The notes: a model not told the origin generated them from the sequence alone. A stretch of DNA of 64,000 nt from Auanema rhodensis (GCA_964057225.1 OZ059894.1:11470001-11534000); one strand, 5' to 3'; counted from the stretch's first letter, positions 21,011-35,335 are shown. Numbers and translations are program-made.

Positions 21011-22192
21011 ACAGTAAAAAGTCCAATCAAGAGAGAAATTTTTTCAACACATAGTTGTTTTTTTTTTAAATATCATTGTTTTTCCTCATAACTCGGTTTA
21101 AACTCGTTCTAACCCGTTGCAATACGTCTAGAAAGTCTTTATAACATGCATATGTATGATAGAACTTCATATTTATTGTAATAGAAAATTTTATTTTCAG
21201 ACGTCTTGGTTAACAATGATATGTTTTACCCCCTTATAATTTTTATCATAATGTTCCTTATACGGAACGCTCAATGAAACTTGCTTCCAGAAAAATTTCT
21301 TTCTATTTTTTCTTCATATGTACGTAGATACTATAGAGAACTATGATAGAAAACTTTAACATTCACGAAATCATCATTTCTCATTACGCTACGGAGGTTT
21401 AAAAAGCTGTGTTTTACCTTATAATAGACCGGAAAACCCTTGTGTTAAAACTGGACCGTTTTTACACATATAAAAATGTCCCGTATTCGGGACCCTAATG
21501 TAACTTTTGATTCCCTATATTTTTTTTCATGAAATTTACAATCTACTGTAGAAAGAAGAATTATTTTTATAAAAACTGTAAATTTTTGAAAAATGAAAAC
21601 AAAACGAAAACAAAAACAACTTTTTTTTGAACATTTTCTCACACAAGGGTCCCCCCTTACCTACTTTTTTTCTCATTACTCGTTTCAACCTCATCCGATC
21701 ACTCTGCAAACATGTTTAATCGTTCTAACTTGTTGAAATACGTCTTAAAAGTCTAAACAACATGCATATGCATAATAGAAACCACCCGAATAGGCCCCCA
21801 CGCACTAAACGAGATATATACATTACCAGTATAGTAATAGAACACATATTGAAGATTAATTCGATAAGAACAATTTATTGACGTAGAGAATGTTTGTTCC
21901 GAAAAACTACAATATTAAACTATAAAAGTAACAAAAGCGTAGAGGCAGCAAAGACATGAATAAACATAAATGTAAATACAGAATTACCAGGTAGTACATA
22001 AGTATGACAAAAAATTATAAGAAAGCCATGAAAATAGAAGGTTTGTGAACAAATGAGAGGTACATCTTTGATCGTATAGTCATTTCTAAACCGTTCGTAT
22101 GCTGCAGCATCGTCATAAGCGTCACTCAAGTTGAATTTCCATGTGTACTACACGATTTTCATTCTTATTGTTACATTCTTTCCCTGAGGGAA

Positions 22193-22376
22193 TGGGCCGT
22201 TCCCGCCAGCAGTGCAAGAGCGGGTCGACCCGTGAGGTGGAGCTAGCAAGCCAGCATCTACCTCAAGTCTCAAAAATCGGTTAACCTTATTGTGAACCAA
22301 TGGAACACATATCGAAGGTTAATTCGATAAGAACGATTACTACACTTTGATCTTAGCCAAAAGGCCGAGAAGCGAT
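22193..22376 (-). ncRNA. U2 snRNA
   Basis: Intact copy. Confidence 0.96.
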
Positions 22377-22818
22377 ACAGCATAGCCATGAGTATCAAAG
22401 ACATCAAGCAAATGTATCGTACTTGTTACGAGTGCACTCTCTCATTTGAATATAAAAGTGTGGTTTGACAATCTTGACTGTACAGGTCATAAATGGCTCA
22501 TATAAACTGTGGATTTACTCAACTTTTGGACTTATTTTTTTCTTATTCGAAGCGCTGCACTTTTTTCTATTCTTTTTATTCAAATACTTGTATATAGTTT
22601 TATATGTACGGTTGCAAAGTTTCCGAATATTTTATATATTTTTATACAATAATTAGGAGAAGGTTAATACAATGAAATCTCCCAACTTTACAGTGTTTGT
22701 ATTGCTTACAGTATCTAGAACAACCACTCTTGTAATATTAGAGCACATATCAATCAACAACTTTTTCTAGTTATCAAAGCTTTTTTATTTCTTCAAGATA
22801 TTTCAAATAAAATATAAA

Positions 22819-22937
22819 AGCTTACGACACCCGGGATTCCCAAGCCGTCTCCGATCCAAGTACTAACCGGGCCCAACGTTGCTTGACTTGCCAGATCGGA
22901 CGGGATGGCGTACTTTCAACGTGGTATGGTCGTAAGC
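22819..22937 (-). rRNA. 5S rRNA
   Basis: Identical copy. Confidence 0.96.
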
Positions 22938-23178
22938 AATGTTATATTCTTCATTATCAGTTATATCACTCTAAATCTTGTTGTTAATAGTTAGGACCAC
23001 AAAGAAAACAACAGGAACAGTAACAAATGAAATGCCCAAACTTTACAGTGTTCGAGTTATTTACAGTATCTAAGACTACCTCTGTCGTGTTATTAGAGCA
23101 AACATTCGATTAACAACAACTTTTTTTTAGTTATCAAAGCTTTTTTATTTCTTCAAAAAATTTCAAATAAAATATAAA

Positions 23179-23297
23179 AGCTTACGACACCCGGGATTCC
23201 CAAGCCGTCTCCGATCCAAGTACTAACCGGGCCCAACGTTGCTTGACTTGCCAGATCGGACGGGATGGCGTACTTTCAACGTGGTATGGTCGTAAGC
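23179..23297 (-). rRNA. 5S rRNA
   Basis: Identical copy. Confidence 0.96.
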
Positions 23298-23439
23298 AAT
23301 GTCATATTCTTCATTATCAGTTATATCACTCTAAATCTTGTTGTTAATAGATACGACCACAAAGAAAACAACAGGAACAGTAACAATAACAAAAAAAAAT
23401 TTTTTTTCACCTATGTGTCTAAAGGTTAGCCATGTATCC

Positions 23440-23487
<48 letters not shown>

Positions 23488-24669
23488 ACAGTAAAAAGTC
23501 CAATCAAGAGAGAAATTTTTTCAACACATAGTTGTTTTTTTTTTAAATATCATTGTTTTTCCTCATAACTCGGTTTAAACTCGTTCTAACCCGTTGAAAT
23601 ACGTCTAGAAAGTCTTTATAACATGCATATGTATGATAGAACTTCATATTTATTGTAATAGAAAATTTTATTTTCAGACGTCTTGGTTAACAATGATATG
23701 TTTTACCCCCTTATAATTTTTATCATAATGTTCCTTATACGGAACGCTCAATGAAACTTGCTTCCAGAAAAATTTCTTTCTATTTTTTCTTCATATGTAC
23801 GTAGATACTATAGAGAACTATGATAGAAAACTTTAACATTCACGAAATCATCATTTCTCATTACGCTACGGAGGTTTAAAAAGCTGTGTTTTACCTTATA
23901 ATAGACCGGAAAACCCTTGTGTTAAAACTGGACCGTTTTTACACATATAAAAATGTCCCGTATTCGGGACCCTAATGTAACTTTTGATTCCCTATATTTT
24001 TTTTCATGAAATTTACAATCTACTGTAGAAAGAAGAATTATTTTTATAAAAACTGTAAATTTTTGAAAAATGAAAACAAAACGAAAACAAAAACAACTTT
24101 TTTTTGAACATTTTCTCACACAAGGGTCCCCCCTTACCTACTTTTTTTCTCATTACTCGTTTCAACCTCATCCGATCACTCTGCAAACATGTTTAATCGT
24201 TCTAACTTGTTGAAATACGTCTTAAAAGTCTAAACAACATGCATATGCATAATAGAAACCACCCGAATAGGCCCCCACGCACTAAACGAGATATATACAT
24301 TACCAGTATAGTAATAGAACACATATTGAAGATTAATTCGATAAGAACAATTTATTGACGTAGAGAATGTTTGTTCCGAAAAACTACAATATTAAACTAT
24401 AAAAGTAACAAAAGCGTAGAGGCAGCAAAGACATGAATAAACATAAATGTAAATACAGAATTACCAGGTAGTACATAAGTATGACAAAAAATTATAAGAA
24501 AGCCATGAAAATAGAAGGTTTGTGAACAAATGAGAGGTACATCTTTGATCGTATAGTCATTTCTAAACCGTTCGTATGCTGCAGCATCGTCATAAGCGTC
24601 ACTCAAGTTGAATTTCCATGTGTACTACACGATTTTCATTCTTATTGTTACATTCTTTCCCTGAGGGAA

Positions 24670-24853
24670 TGGGCCGTTCCCGCCAGCAGTGCAAGAGCGG
24701 GTCGACCCGTGAGGTGGAGCTAGCAAGCCAGCATCTACCTCAAGTCTCAAAAATCGGTTAACCTTATTGTGAACCAATGGAACACATATCGAAGGTTAAT
24801 TCGATAAGAACGATTACTACACTTTGATCTTAGCCAAAAGGCCGAGAAGCGAT
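24670..24853 (-). ncRNA. U2 snRNA
   Basis: Intact copy. Confidence 0.96.
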
Positions 24854-25295
24854 ACAGCATAGCCATGAGTATCAAAGACATCAAGCAAATGTATCGTACT
24901 TGTTACGAGTGCACTCTCTCATTTGAATATAAAAGTGTGGTTTGACAATCTTGACTGTACAGGTCATAAATGGCTCATATAAACTGTGGATTTACTCAAC
25001 TTTTGGACTTATTTTTTTCTTATTCGAAGCGCTGCACTTTTTTCTATTCTTTTTATTCAAATACTTGTATATAGTTTTATATGTACGGTTGCAAAGTTTC
25101 CGAATATTTTATATATTTTTATACAATAATTAGGAGAAGGTTAATACAATGAAATCTCCCAACTTTACAGTGTTTGTATTGCTTACAGTATCTAGAACAA
25201 CCACTCTTGTAATATTAGAGCACATATCAATCAACAACTTTTTCTAGTTATCAAAGCTTTTTTATTTCTTCAAGATATTTCAAATAAAATATAAA

Positions 25296-25414
25296 AGCTT
25301 ACGACACCCGGGATTCCCAAGCCGTCTCCGATCCAAGTACTAACCGGGCCCAACGTTGCTTGACTTGCCAGATCGGACGGGATGGCGTACTTTCAACGTG
25401 GTATGGTCGTAAGC
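25296..25414 (-). rRNA. 5S rRNA
   Basis: Identical copy. Confidence 0.96.
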
Positions 25415-25655
25415 AATGTTATATTCTTCATTATCAGTTATATCACTCTAAATCTTGTTGTTAATAGTTAGGACCACAAAGAAAACAACAGGAACAGTAA
25501 CAAATGAAATGCCCAAACTTTACAGTGTTCGAGTTATTTACAGTATCTAAGACTACCTCTGTCGTGTTATTAGAGCAAACATTCGATTAACAACAACTTT
25601 TTTTTAGTTATCAAAGCTTTTTTATTTCTTCAAAAAATTTCAAATAAAATATAAA

Positions 25656-25774
25656 AGCTTACGACACCCGGGATTCCCAAGCCGTCTCCGATCCAAGTAC
25701 TAACCGGGCCCAACGTTGCTTGACTTGCCAGATCGGACGGGATGGCGTACTTTCAACGTGGTATGGTCGTAAGC
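25656..25774 (-). rRNA. 5S rRNA
   Basis: Identical copy. Confidence 0.96.
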
Positions 25775-27124
25775 AATGTCATATTCTTCATTATCAGTTA
25801 TATCACTCTAAATCTTGTTGTTAATAGATACGACCACAAAGAAAACAACAGGAACAGTAACAATAACAAAAAAAATTTTTTTTTCACCTATGTGTCTAAA
25901 GGTTAGCCATGTATCCGTTTATATATATATATATATATATCAACAGTAAAAAGTCCAATCAAGAGAGAAATTTTTTCAACACATAGTTGTTTTTTTTTTA
26001 AATATCATTGTTTTTCCTCATAACTCGGTTTAAACTCGTTCTAACCCGTTGAAATACGTCTAGAAAGTCTTTATAACATGCATATGTATGATAGAACTTC
26101 ATATTTATTGTAATAGAAAATTTTATTTTCAGACGTCTTGGTTAACAATGATATGTTTTACCCCCTTATAATTTTTATCATAATGTTCCTTATACGGAAC
26201 GCTCAATGAAACTTGCTTCCAGAAAAATTTCTTTCTATTTTTTCTTCATATGTACGTAGATACTATAGAGAACTATGATAGAAAACTTTAACATTCACGA
26301 AATCATCATTTCTCATTACGCTACGGAGGTTTAAAAAGCTGTGTTTTACCTTATAATAGACCGGAAAACCCTTGTGTTAAAACTGGACCGTTTTTACACA
26401 TATAAAAATGTCCCGTATTCGGGACCCTAATGTAACTTTTGATTCCCTATATTTTTTTTCATGAAATTTACAATCTACTGTAGAAAGAAGAATTATTTTT
26501 ATAAAAACTGTAAATTTTTGAAAAATGAAAACAAAACGAAAACAAAAACAACTTTTTTTTGAACATTTTCTCACACAAGGGTCCCCCCTTACCTACTTTT
26601 TTTCTCATTACTCGTTTCAACCTCATCCGATCACTCTGCAAACATGTTTAATCGTTCTAACTTGTTGAAATACGTCTTAAAAGTCTAAACAACATGCATA
26701 TGCATAATAGAAACCACCCGAATAGGCCCCCACGCACTAAACGAGATATATACATTACCAGTATAGTAATAGAACACATATTGAAGATTAATTCGATAAG
26801 AACAATTTATTGACGTAGAGAATGTTTGTTCCGAAAAACTACAATATTAAACTATAAAAGTAACAAAAGCGTAGAGGCAGCAAAGACATGAATAAACATA
26901 AATGTAAATACAGAATTACCAGGTAGTACATAAGTATGACAAAAAATTATAAGAAAGCCATGAAAATAGAAGGTTTGTGAACAAATGAGAGGTACATCTT
27001 TGATCGTATAGTCATTTCTAAACCGTTCGTATGCTGCAGCATCGTCATAAGCGTCACTCAAGTTGAATTTCCATGTGTACTACACGATTTTCATTCTTAT
27101 TGTTACATTCTTTCCCTGAGGGAA

Positions 27125-27308
27125 TGGGCCGTTCCCGCCAGCAGTGCAAGAGCGGGTCGACCCGTGAGGTGGAGCTAGCAAGCCAGCATCTACCTCAAGT
27201 CTCAAAAATCGGTTAACCTTATTGTGAACCAATGGAACACATATCGAAGGTTAATTCGATAAGAACGATTACTACACTTTGATCTTAGCCAAAAGGCCGA
27301 GAAGCGAT
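27125..27308 (-). ncRNA. U2 snRNA
   Basis: Intact copy. Confidence 0.96.
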
Positions 27309-27750
27309 ACAGCATAGCCATGAGTATCAAAGACATCAAGCAAATGTATCGTACTTGTTACGAGTGCACTCTCTCATTTGAATATAAAAGTGTGGTTTGA
27401 CAATCTTGACTGTACAGGTCATAAATGGCTCATATAAACTGTGGATTTACTCAACTTTTGGACTTATTTTTTTCTTATTCGAAGCGCTGCACTTTTTTCT
27501 ATTCTTTTTATTCAAATACTTGTATATAGTTTTATATGTACGGTTGCAAAGTTTCCGAATATTTTATATATTTTTATACAATAATTAGGAGAAGGTTAAT
27601 ACAATGAAATCTCCCAACTTTACAGTGTTTGTATTGCTTACAGTATCTAGAACAACCACTCTTGTAATATTAGAGCACATATCAATCAACAACTTTTTCT
27701 AGTTATCAAAGCTTTTTTATTTCTTCAAGATATTTCAAATAAAATATAAA

Positions 27751-27869
27751 AGCTTACGACACCCGGGATTCCCAAGCCGTCTCCGATCCAAGTACTAACC
27801 GGGCCCAACGTTGCTTGACTTGCCAGATCGGACGGGATGGCGTACTTTCAACGTGGTATGGTCGTAAGC
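27751..27869 (-). rRNA. 5S rRNA (single-5S unit)
   Basis: Identical copy; unit lacks the 360-bp duplication. Confidence 0.96.
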
Positions 27870-28011
27870 AATGTTATATTCTTCATTATCAGTTATATCA
27901 CTCTAAATCTTGTTGTTAATAGTTAGGACCACAAAGAAAACAACAGGAACAGTAACAATAACAAAAAAAATTTTTTTTTCACCTATGTGTCTAAAGGTTA
28001 GCCATGTATCC

Positions 28012-28057
<46 letters not shown>

Positions 28058-29239
28058 ACAGTAAAAAGTCCAATCAAGAGAGAAATTTTTTCAACACATA
28101 GTTGTTTTTTTTTTAAATATCATTGTTTTTCCTCATAACTCGGTTTAAACTCGTTCTAACCCGTTGAAATACGTCTAGAAAGTCTTTATAACATGCATAT
28201 GTATGATAGAACTTCATATTTATTGTAATAGAAAATTTTATTTTCAGACGTCTTGGTTAACAATGATATGTTTTACCCCCTTATAATTTTTATCATAATG
28301 TTCCTTATACGGAACGCTCAATGAAACTTGCTTCCAGAAAAATTTCTTTCTATTTTTTCTTCATATGTACGTAGATACTATAGAGAACTATGATAGAAAA
28401 CTTTAACATTCACGAAATCATCATTTCTCATTACGCTACGGAGGTTTAAAAAGCTGTGTTTTACCTTATAATAGACCGGAAAACCCTTGTGTTAAAACTG
28501 GACCGTTTTTACACATATAAAAATGTCCCGTATTCGGGACCCTAATGTAACTTTTGATTCCCTATATTTTTTTTCATGAAATTTACAATCTACTGTAGAA
28601 AGAAGAATTATTTTTATAAAAACTGTAAATTTTTGAAAAATGAAAACAAAACGAAAACAAAAACAACTTTTTTTTGAACATTTTCTCACACAAGGGTCCC
28701 CCCTTACCTACTTTTTTTCTCATTACTCGTTTCAACCTCATCCGATCACTCTGCAAACATGTTTAATCGTTCTAACTTGTTGAAATACGTCTTAAAAGTC
28801 TAAACAACATGCATATGCATAATAGAAACCACCCGAATAGGCCCCCACGCACTAAACGAGATATATACATTACCAGTATAGTAATAGAACACATATTGAA
28901 GATTAATTCGATAAGAACAATTTATTGACGTAGAGAATGTTTGTTCCGAAAAACTACAATATTAAACTATAAAAGTAACAAAAGCGTAGAGGCAGCAAAG
29001 ACATGAATAAACATAAATGTAAATACAGAATTACCAGGTAGTACATAAGTATGACAAAAAATTATAAGAAAGCCATGAAAATAGAAGGTTTGTGAACAAA
29101 TGAGAGGTACATCTTTGATCGTATAGTCATTTCTAAACCGTTCGTATGCTGCAGCATCGTCATAAGCGTCACTCAAGTTGAATTTCCATGTGTACTACAC
29201 GATTTTCATTCTTATTGTTACATTCTTTCCCTGAGGGAA

Positions 29240-29423
29240 TGGGCCGTTCCCGCCAGCAGTGCAAGAGCGGGTCGACCCGTGAGGTGGAGCTAGCAAGCCA
29301 GCATCTACCTCAAGTCTCAAAAATCGGTTAACCTTATTGTGAACCAATGGAACACATATCGAAGGTTAATTCGATAAGAACGATTACTACACTTTGATCT
29401 TAGCCAAAAGGCCGAGAAGCGAT
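29240..29423 (-). ncRNA. U2 snRNA
   Basis: Intact copy. Confidence 0.96.
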
Positions 29424-29865
29424 ACAGCATAGCCATGAGTATCAAAGACATCAAGCAAATGTATCGTACTTGTTACGAGTGCACTCTCTCATTTGAATAT
29501 AAAAGTGTGGTTTGACAATCTTGACTGTACAGGTCATAAATGGCTCATATAAACTGTGGATTTACTCAACTTTTGGACTTATTTTTTTCTTATTCGAAGC
29601 GCTGCACTTTTTTCTATTCTTTTTATTCAAATACTTGTATATAGTTTTATATGTACGGTTGCAAAGTTTCCGAATATTTTATATATTTTTATACAATAAT
29701 TAGGAGAAGGTTAATACAATGAAATCTCCCAACTTTACAGTGTTTGTATTGCTTACAGTATCTAGAACAACCACTCTTGTAATATTAGAGCACATATCAA
29801 TCAACAACTTTTTCTAGTTATCAAAGCTTTTTTATTTCTTCAAGATATTTCAAATAAAATATAAA

Positions 29866-29984
29866 AGCTTACGACACCCGGGATTCCCAAGCCGTCTCCG
29901 ATCCAAGTACTAACCGGGCCCAACGTTGCTTGACTTGCCAGATCGGACGGGATGGCGTACTTTCAACGTGGTATGGTCGTAAGC
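29866..29984 (-). rRNA. 5S rRNA
   Basis: Identical copy. Confidence 0.96.
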
Positions 29985-30225
29985 AATGTTATATTCTTCA
30001 TTATCAGTTATATCACTCTAAATCTTGTTGTTAATAGTTAGGACCACAAAGAAAACAACAGGAACAGTAACAAATGAAATGCCCAAACTTTACAGTGTTC
30101 GAGTTATTTACAGTATCTAAGACTACCTCTGTCGTGTTATTAGAGCAAACATTCGATTAACAACAACTTTTTTTTAGTTATCAAAGCTTTTTTATTTCTT
30201 CAAAAAATTTCAAATAAAATATAAA

Positions 30226-30344
30226 AGCTTACGACACCCGGGATTCCCAAGCCGTCTCCGATCCAAGTACTAACCGGGCCCAACGTTGCTTGACTTGCCA
30301 GATCGGACGGGATGGCGTACTTTCAACGTGGTATGGTCGTAAGC
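30226..30344 (-). rRNA. 5S rRNA
   Basis: Identical copy. Confidence 0.96.
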
Positions 30345-30486
30345 AATGTCATATTCTTCATTATCAGTTATATCACTCTAAATCTTGTTGTTAATAGATA
30401 CGACCACAAAGAAAACAACAGGAACAGTAACAATAACAAAAAAAATTTTTTTTTCACCTATGTGTCTAAAGGTTAGCCATGTATCC

Positions 30487-30520
<34 letters not shown>

Positions 30521-31702
30521 ACAGTAAAAAGTCCAATCAAGAGAGAAATTTTTTCAACACATAGTTGTTTTTTTTTTAAATATCATTGTTTTTCCTCATA
30601 ACTCGGTTTAAACTCGTTCTAACCCGTTGAAATACGTCTAGAAAGTCTTTATAACATGCATATGTATGATAGAACTTCATATTTATTGTAATAGAAAATT
30701 TTATTTTCAGACGTCTTGGTTAACAATGATATGTTTTACCCCCTTATAATTTTTATCATAATGTTCCTTATACGGAACGCTCAATGAAACTTGCTTCCAG
30801 AAAAATTTCTTTCTATTTTTTCTTCATATGTACGTAGATACTATAGAGAACTATGATAGAAAACTTTAACATTCACGAAATCATCATTTCTCATTACGCT
30901 ACGGAGGTTTAAAAAGCTGTGTTTTACCTTATAATAGACCGGAAAACCCTTGTGTTAAAACTGGACCGTTTTTACACATATAAAAATGTCCCGTATTCGG
31001 GACCCTAATGTAACTTTTGATTCCCTATATTTTTTTTCATGAAATTTACAATCTACTGTAGAAAGAAGAATTATTTTTATAAAAACTGTAAATTTTTGAA
31101 AAATGAAAACAAAACGAAAACAAAAACAACTTTTTTTTGAACATTTTCTCACACAAGGGTCCCCCCTTACCTACTTTTTTTCTCATTACTCGTTTCAACC
31201 TCATCCGATCACTCTGCAAACATGTTTAATCGTTCTAACTTGTTGAAATACGTCTTAAAAGTCTAAACAACATGCATATGCATAATAGAAACCACCCGAA
31301 TAGGCCCCCACGCACTAAACGAGATATATACATTACCAGTATAGTAATAGAACACATATTGAAGATTAATTCGATAAGAACAATTTATTGACGTAGAGAA
31401 TGTTTGTTCCGAAAAACTACAATATTAAACTATAAAAGTAACAAAAGCGTAGAGGCAGCAAAGACATGAATAAACATAAATGTAAATACAGAATTACCAG
31501 GTAGTACATAAGTATGACAAAAAATTATAAGAAAGCCATGAAAATAGAAGGTTTGTGAACAAATGAGAGGTACATCTTTGATCGTATAGTCATTTCTAAA
31601 CCGTTCGTATGCTGCAGCATCGTCATAAGCGTCACTCAAGTTGAATTTCCATGTGTACTACACGATTTTCATTCTTATTGTTACATTCTTTCCCTGAGGG
31701 AA

Positions 31703-31886
31703 TGGGCCGTTCCCGCCAGCAGTGCAAGAGCGGGTCGACCCGTGAGGTGGAGCTAGCAAGCCAGCATCTACCTCAAGTCTCAAAAATCGGTTAACCTTAT
31801 TGTGAACTAATGGAACACATATCGAAGGTTAATTCGATAAGAACGATTACTACACTTTGATCTTAGCCAAAAGGCCGAGAAGCGAT
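31703..31886 (-). ncRNA. U2 snRNA (G79A variant)
   Basis: Intact copy with C>T at 31808 on the + strand. Confidence 0.94.
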
Positions 31887-32328
31887 ACAGCATAGCCATG
31901 AGTATCAAAGACATCAAGCAAATGTATTGTACTTGTTACGAGTGCACTCTCTCATTTGAATATAAAAGTGTGGTTTGACAATCTTGACTGTACAGGTCAT
32001 AAATGGCTCATATAAACTGTGGATTTACTCAACTTTTGGACTTATTTTTTTCTTATTCGAAGCGCTGCACTTTTTTCTATTCTTTTTATTCAAATACTTG
32101 TATATAGTTTTATATGTACGGTTGCAAAGTTTCCGAATATTTTATATATTTTTATACAATAATTAGGAGAAGGTTAATACAATGAAATCTCCCAACTTTA
32201 CAGTGTTTGTATTGCTTACAGTATCTAGAACAACCACTCTTGTAATATTAGAGCACATATCAATCAACAACTTTTTCTAGTTATCAAAGCTTTTTTATTT
32301 CTTCAAGATATTTCAAATAAAATATAAA

Positions 32329-32447
32329 AGCTTACGACACCCGGGATTCCCAAGCCGTCTCCGATCCAAGTACTAACCGGGCCCAACGTTGCTTGACTTG
32401 CCAGATCGGACGGGATGGCGTACTTTCAACGTGGTATGGTCGTAAGC
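32329..32447 (-). rRNA. 5S rRNA
   Basis: Identical copy. Confidence 0.96.
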
Positions 32448-32688
32448 AATGTTATATTCTTCATTATCAGTTATATCACTCTAAATCTTGTTGTTAATAG
32501 TTAGGACCACAAAGAAAACAACAGGAACAGTAACAAATGAAATGCCCAAACTTTACAGTGTTCGAGTTATTTACAGTATCTAAGACTACCTCTGTCGTGT
32601 TATTAGAGCAAACATTCGATTAACAACAACTTTTTTTTAGTTATCAAAGCTTTTTTATTTCTTCAAAAAATTTCAAATAAAATATAAA

Positions 32689-32807
32689 AGCTTACGACAC
32701 CCGGGATTCCCAAGCCGTCTCCGATCCAAGTACTAACCGGGCCCAACGTTGCTTGACTTGCCAGATCGGACGGGATGGCGTACTTTCAACGTGGTATGGT
32801 CGTAAGC
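32689..32807 (-). rRNA. 5S rRNA
   Basis: Identical copy. Confidence 0.96.
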
Positions 32808-32949
32808 AATGTCATATTCTTCATTATCAGTTATATCACTCTAAATCTTGTTGTTAATAGATACGACCACAAAGAAAACAACAGGAACAGTAACAATAAC
32901 AAAAAAAATTTTTTTTTCACCTATGTGTCTAAAGGTTAGCCATGTATCC

Positions 32950-33063
<114 letters not shown>

Positions 33064-34245
33064 ACAGTAAAAAGTCCAATCAAGAGAGAAATTTTTTCAA
33101 CACATAGTTTTTTTTTTTTTAAATATCATTGTTTTTCCTCATAACTCGGTTTAAACTCGTTCTAACCCGTTGAAATACGTCTAGAAAGTCTTTATAACAT
33201 GCATATGTATGATAGAACTTCATATTTATTGTAATAGAAAATTTTATTTTCAGACGTCTTGGTTAACAATGATATGTTTTACCCCCTTATAATTTTTATC
33301 ATAATGTTCCTTATACGGAACGCTCAATGAAACTTGCTTCCAGAAAAATTTCTTTCTATTTTTTCTTCATATGTACGTAGATACTATAGAGAACTATGAT
33401 AGAAAACTTTAACATTCACGAAATCATCATTTCTCATTACGCTACGGAGGTTTAAAAAGCTGTGTTTTACCTTATAATAGACCGGAAAACCCTTGTGTTA
33501 AAACTGGACCGTTTTTACACATATAAAAATGTCCCGTATTCGGGACCCTAATGTAACTTTTGATTCCCTATATTTTTTTTCATGAAATTTACAATCTACT
33601 GTAGAAAGAAGAATTATTTTTATAAAAACTGTAAATTTTTGAAAAATGAAAACAAAACGAAAACAAAAACAACTTTTTTTTGAACATTTTCTCACACAAG
33701 GGTCCCCCCTTACCTACTTTTTTTCTCATTACTCGTTTCAACCTCATCCGATCACTCTGCAAACATGTTTAATCGTTCTAACTTGTTGAAATACGTCTTA
33801 AAAGTCTAAACAACATGCATATGCATAATAGAAACCACCCGAATAGGCCCCCACGCACTAAACGAGATATATACATTACCAGTATAGTAATAGAACACAT
33901 ATTGAAGATTAATTCGATAAGAACAATTTATTGACGTAGAGAATGTTTGTTCCGAAAAACTACAATATTAAACTATAAAAGTAACAAAAGCGTAGAGGCA
34001 GCAAAGACATGAATAAACATAAATGTAAATACAGAATTACCAGGTAGTACATAAGTATGACAAAAAATTATAAGAAAGCCATGAAAATAGAAGGTTTGTG
34101 AACAAATGAGAGGTACATCTTTGATCGTATAGTCATTTCTAAACCGTTCGTATGCTGCAGCATCGTCATAAGCGTCACTCAAGTTGAATTTCCATGTGTA
34201 CTACACGATTTTCATTCTTATTGTTACATTCTTTCCCTGAGGGAA

Positions 34246-34391
34246 TGGGCCGTTCCCGCCAGCAGTGCAAGAGCGGGTCGACCCGTGAGGTGGAGCTAGC
34301 AAGCCAGCATCTACCTCAAGTCTCAAAAATCGGTTAACCTTATTGTGAACCAATGGAACACATATCGAAGGTTAATTCGATAAGAACGATT
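34246..34391 (-). pseudogene. Interrupted U2 snRNA, nt 39-184
   Basis: U2 3' part after the element B 3' end. Confidence 0.92.
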
Positions 34392-35256
34392 TATTGAAGT
34401 AGGAAATGTTTTGCCCCGTAGGACTACAAGTAAATATTATCTAGCACAAGGCTATTAGAGAATGATAAGATACTACCTGCACTAAGTGCGTCGCATCGTA
34501 AAGGGAAAAAAAATTAAACAATGGGAGTTTAACAGCATGAAATTGAGAGAAAAGACATATCCGAGTGTGAATAAAATTACGGGTGAACGGAACATGGAGT
34601 ACGAGAGACATACAAAACGAGACTAAGTGAAAAGAAAAAGTCTTGTATCACGTTCATGAAGGTTCGACGGATCCGGTAAGAAGCTGCGGGTTCAGAAGGT
34701 CAGCTTTCATCTCGTAGTCGTGGCGCATCAGGAATTTGTGAAGCTTTCCGGCTTTGCAGACGGCTGTATTGGTCCTCGTAGGATGGTGGAAGATGTTGTC
34801 GCTTAGTGATGTTACACATAAAGATATGCAAAAATAGAACAATTCAAAGAAAAAGAGCACAATTAAAACGAGATTTGGAGAGAAGAGAAGTCTTATATCA
34901 CTTTCGATGGTTCGGAAGCTCCAGTCTGCTGCTGCGGTTTAGGGGGTGCAACTGGCATGTCGGAGGCGTAGCACATCATAGGTCAAGCTTGCTGGACTCC
35001 CGGCTCGGCTGGTGGCTGTGAGTTTTCCTTGTGCTTGTTCTCGGTGGTGGTCCCTGGGCTGTCTCTTCACCAAAAATTACTATACTAATTGCACATTTCA
35101 TTTAAACGACCCATTTCAGAAGCTTTAAGAGGAAAAGCTACAATTAGCATAGGACCGCCTCAAGGCCTGGTGGATCATTCAATTTAGTTTCAATCGCCAA
35201 GTATAGCGGCCTGGGCCCTTGGGTCAATTCACTGAACCAGTGTAGTATCGATTGTT
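34392..35256 (-). mobile_element. Non-autonomous U2-targeted retroelement B (865 bp, SINE-like)
   Basis: Same U2 site; U2 nt 39-79 present on both sides; terminal blocks homologous to element A; no RT ORF. Confidence 0.87.
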
Positions 35257-35335
35257 CAATGGAACACATATCGAAGGTTAATTCGATAAGAACGATTACT
35301 ACACTTTGATCTTAGCCAAAAGGCCGAGAAGCGAT
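35257..35335 (-). pseudogene. Interrupted U2 snRNA, nt 1-79
   Basis: U2 match stops at nt 79. Confidence 0.92.

Noticed and set aside
35070-35078. Sm-site-like AATTTTTGG in element B
   Set aside because: Element A has a plain T-run at the equivalent place; not conserved
35218-35238. Resemblance of the element B leader (GGTTCAGTGAATTGACCCAAG) to the SL1 exon
   Set aside because: Short gapped match, weaker in A, with no splice donor after it; better explained by complementarity to U2
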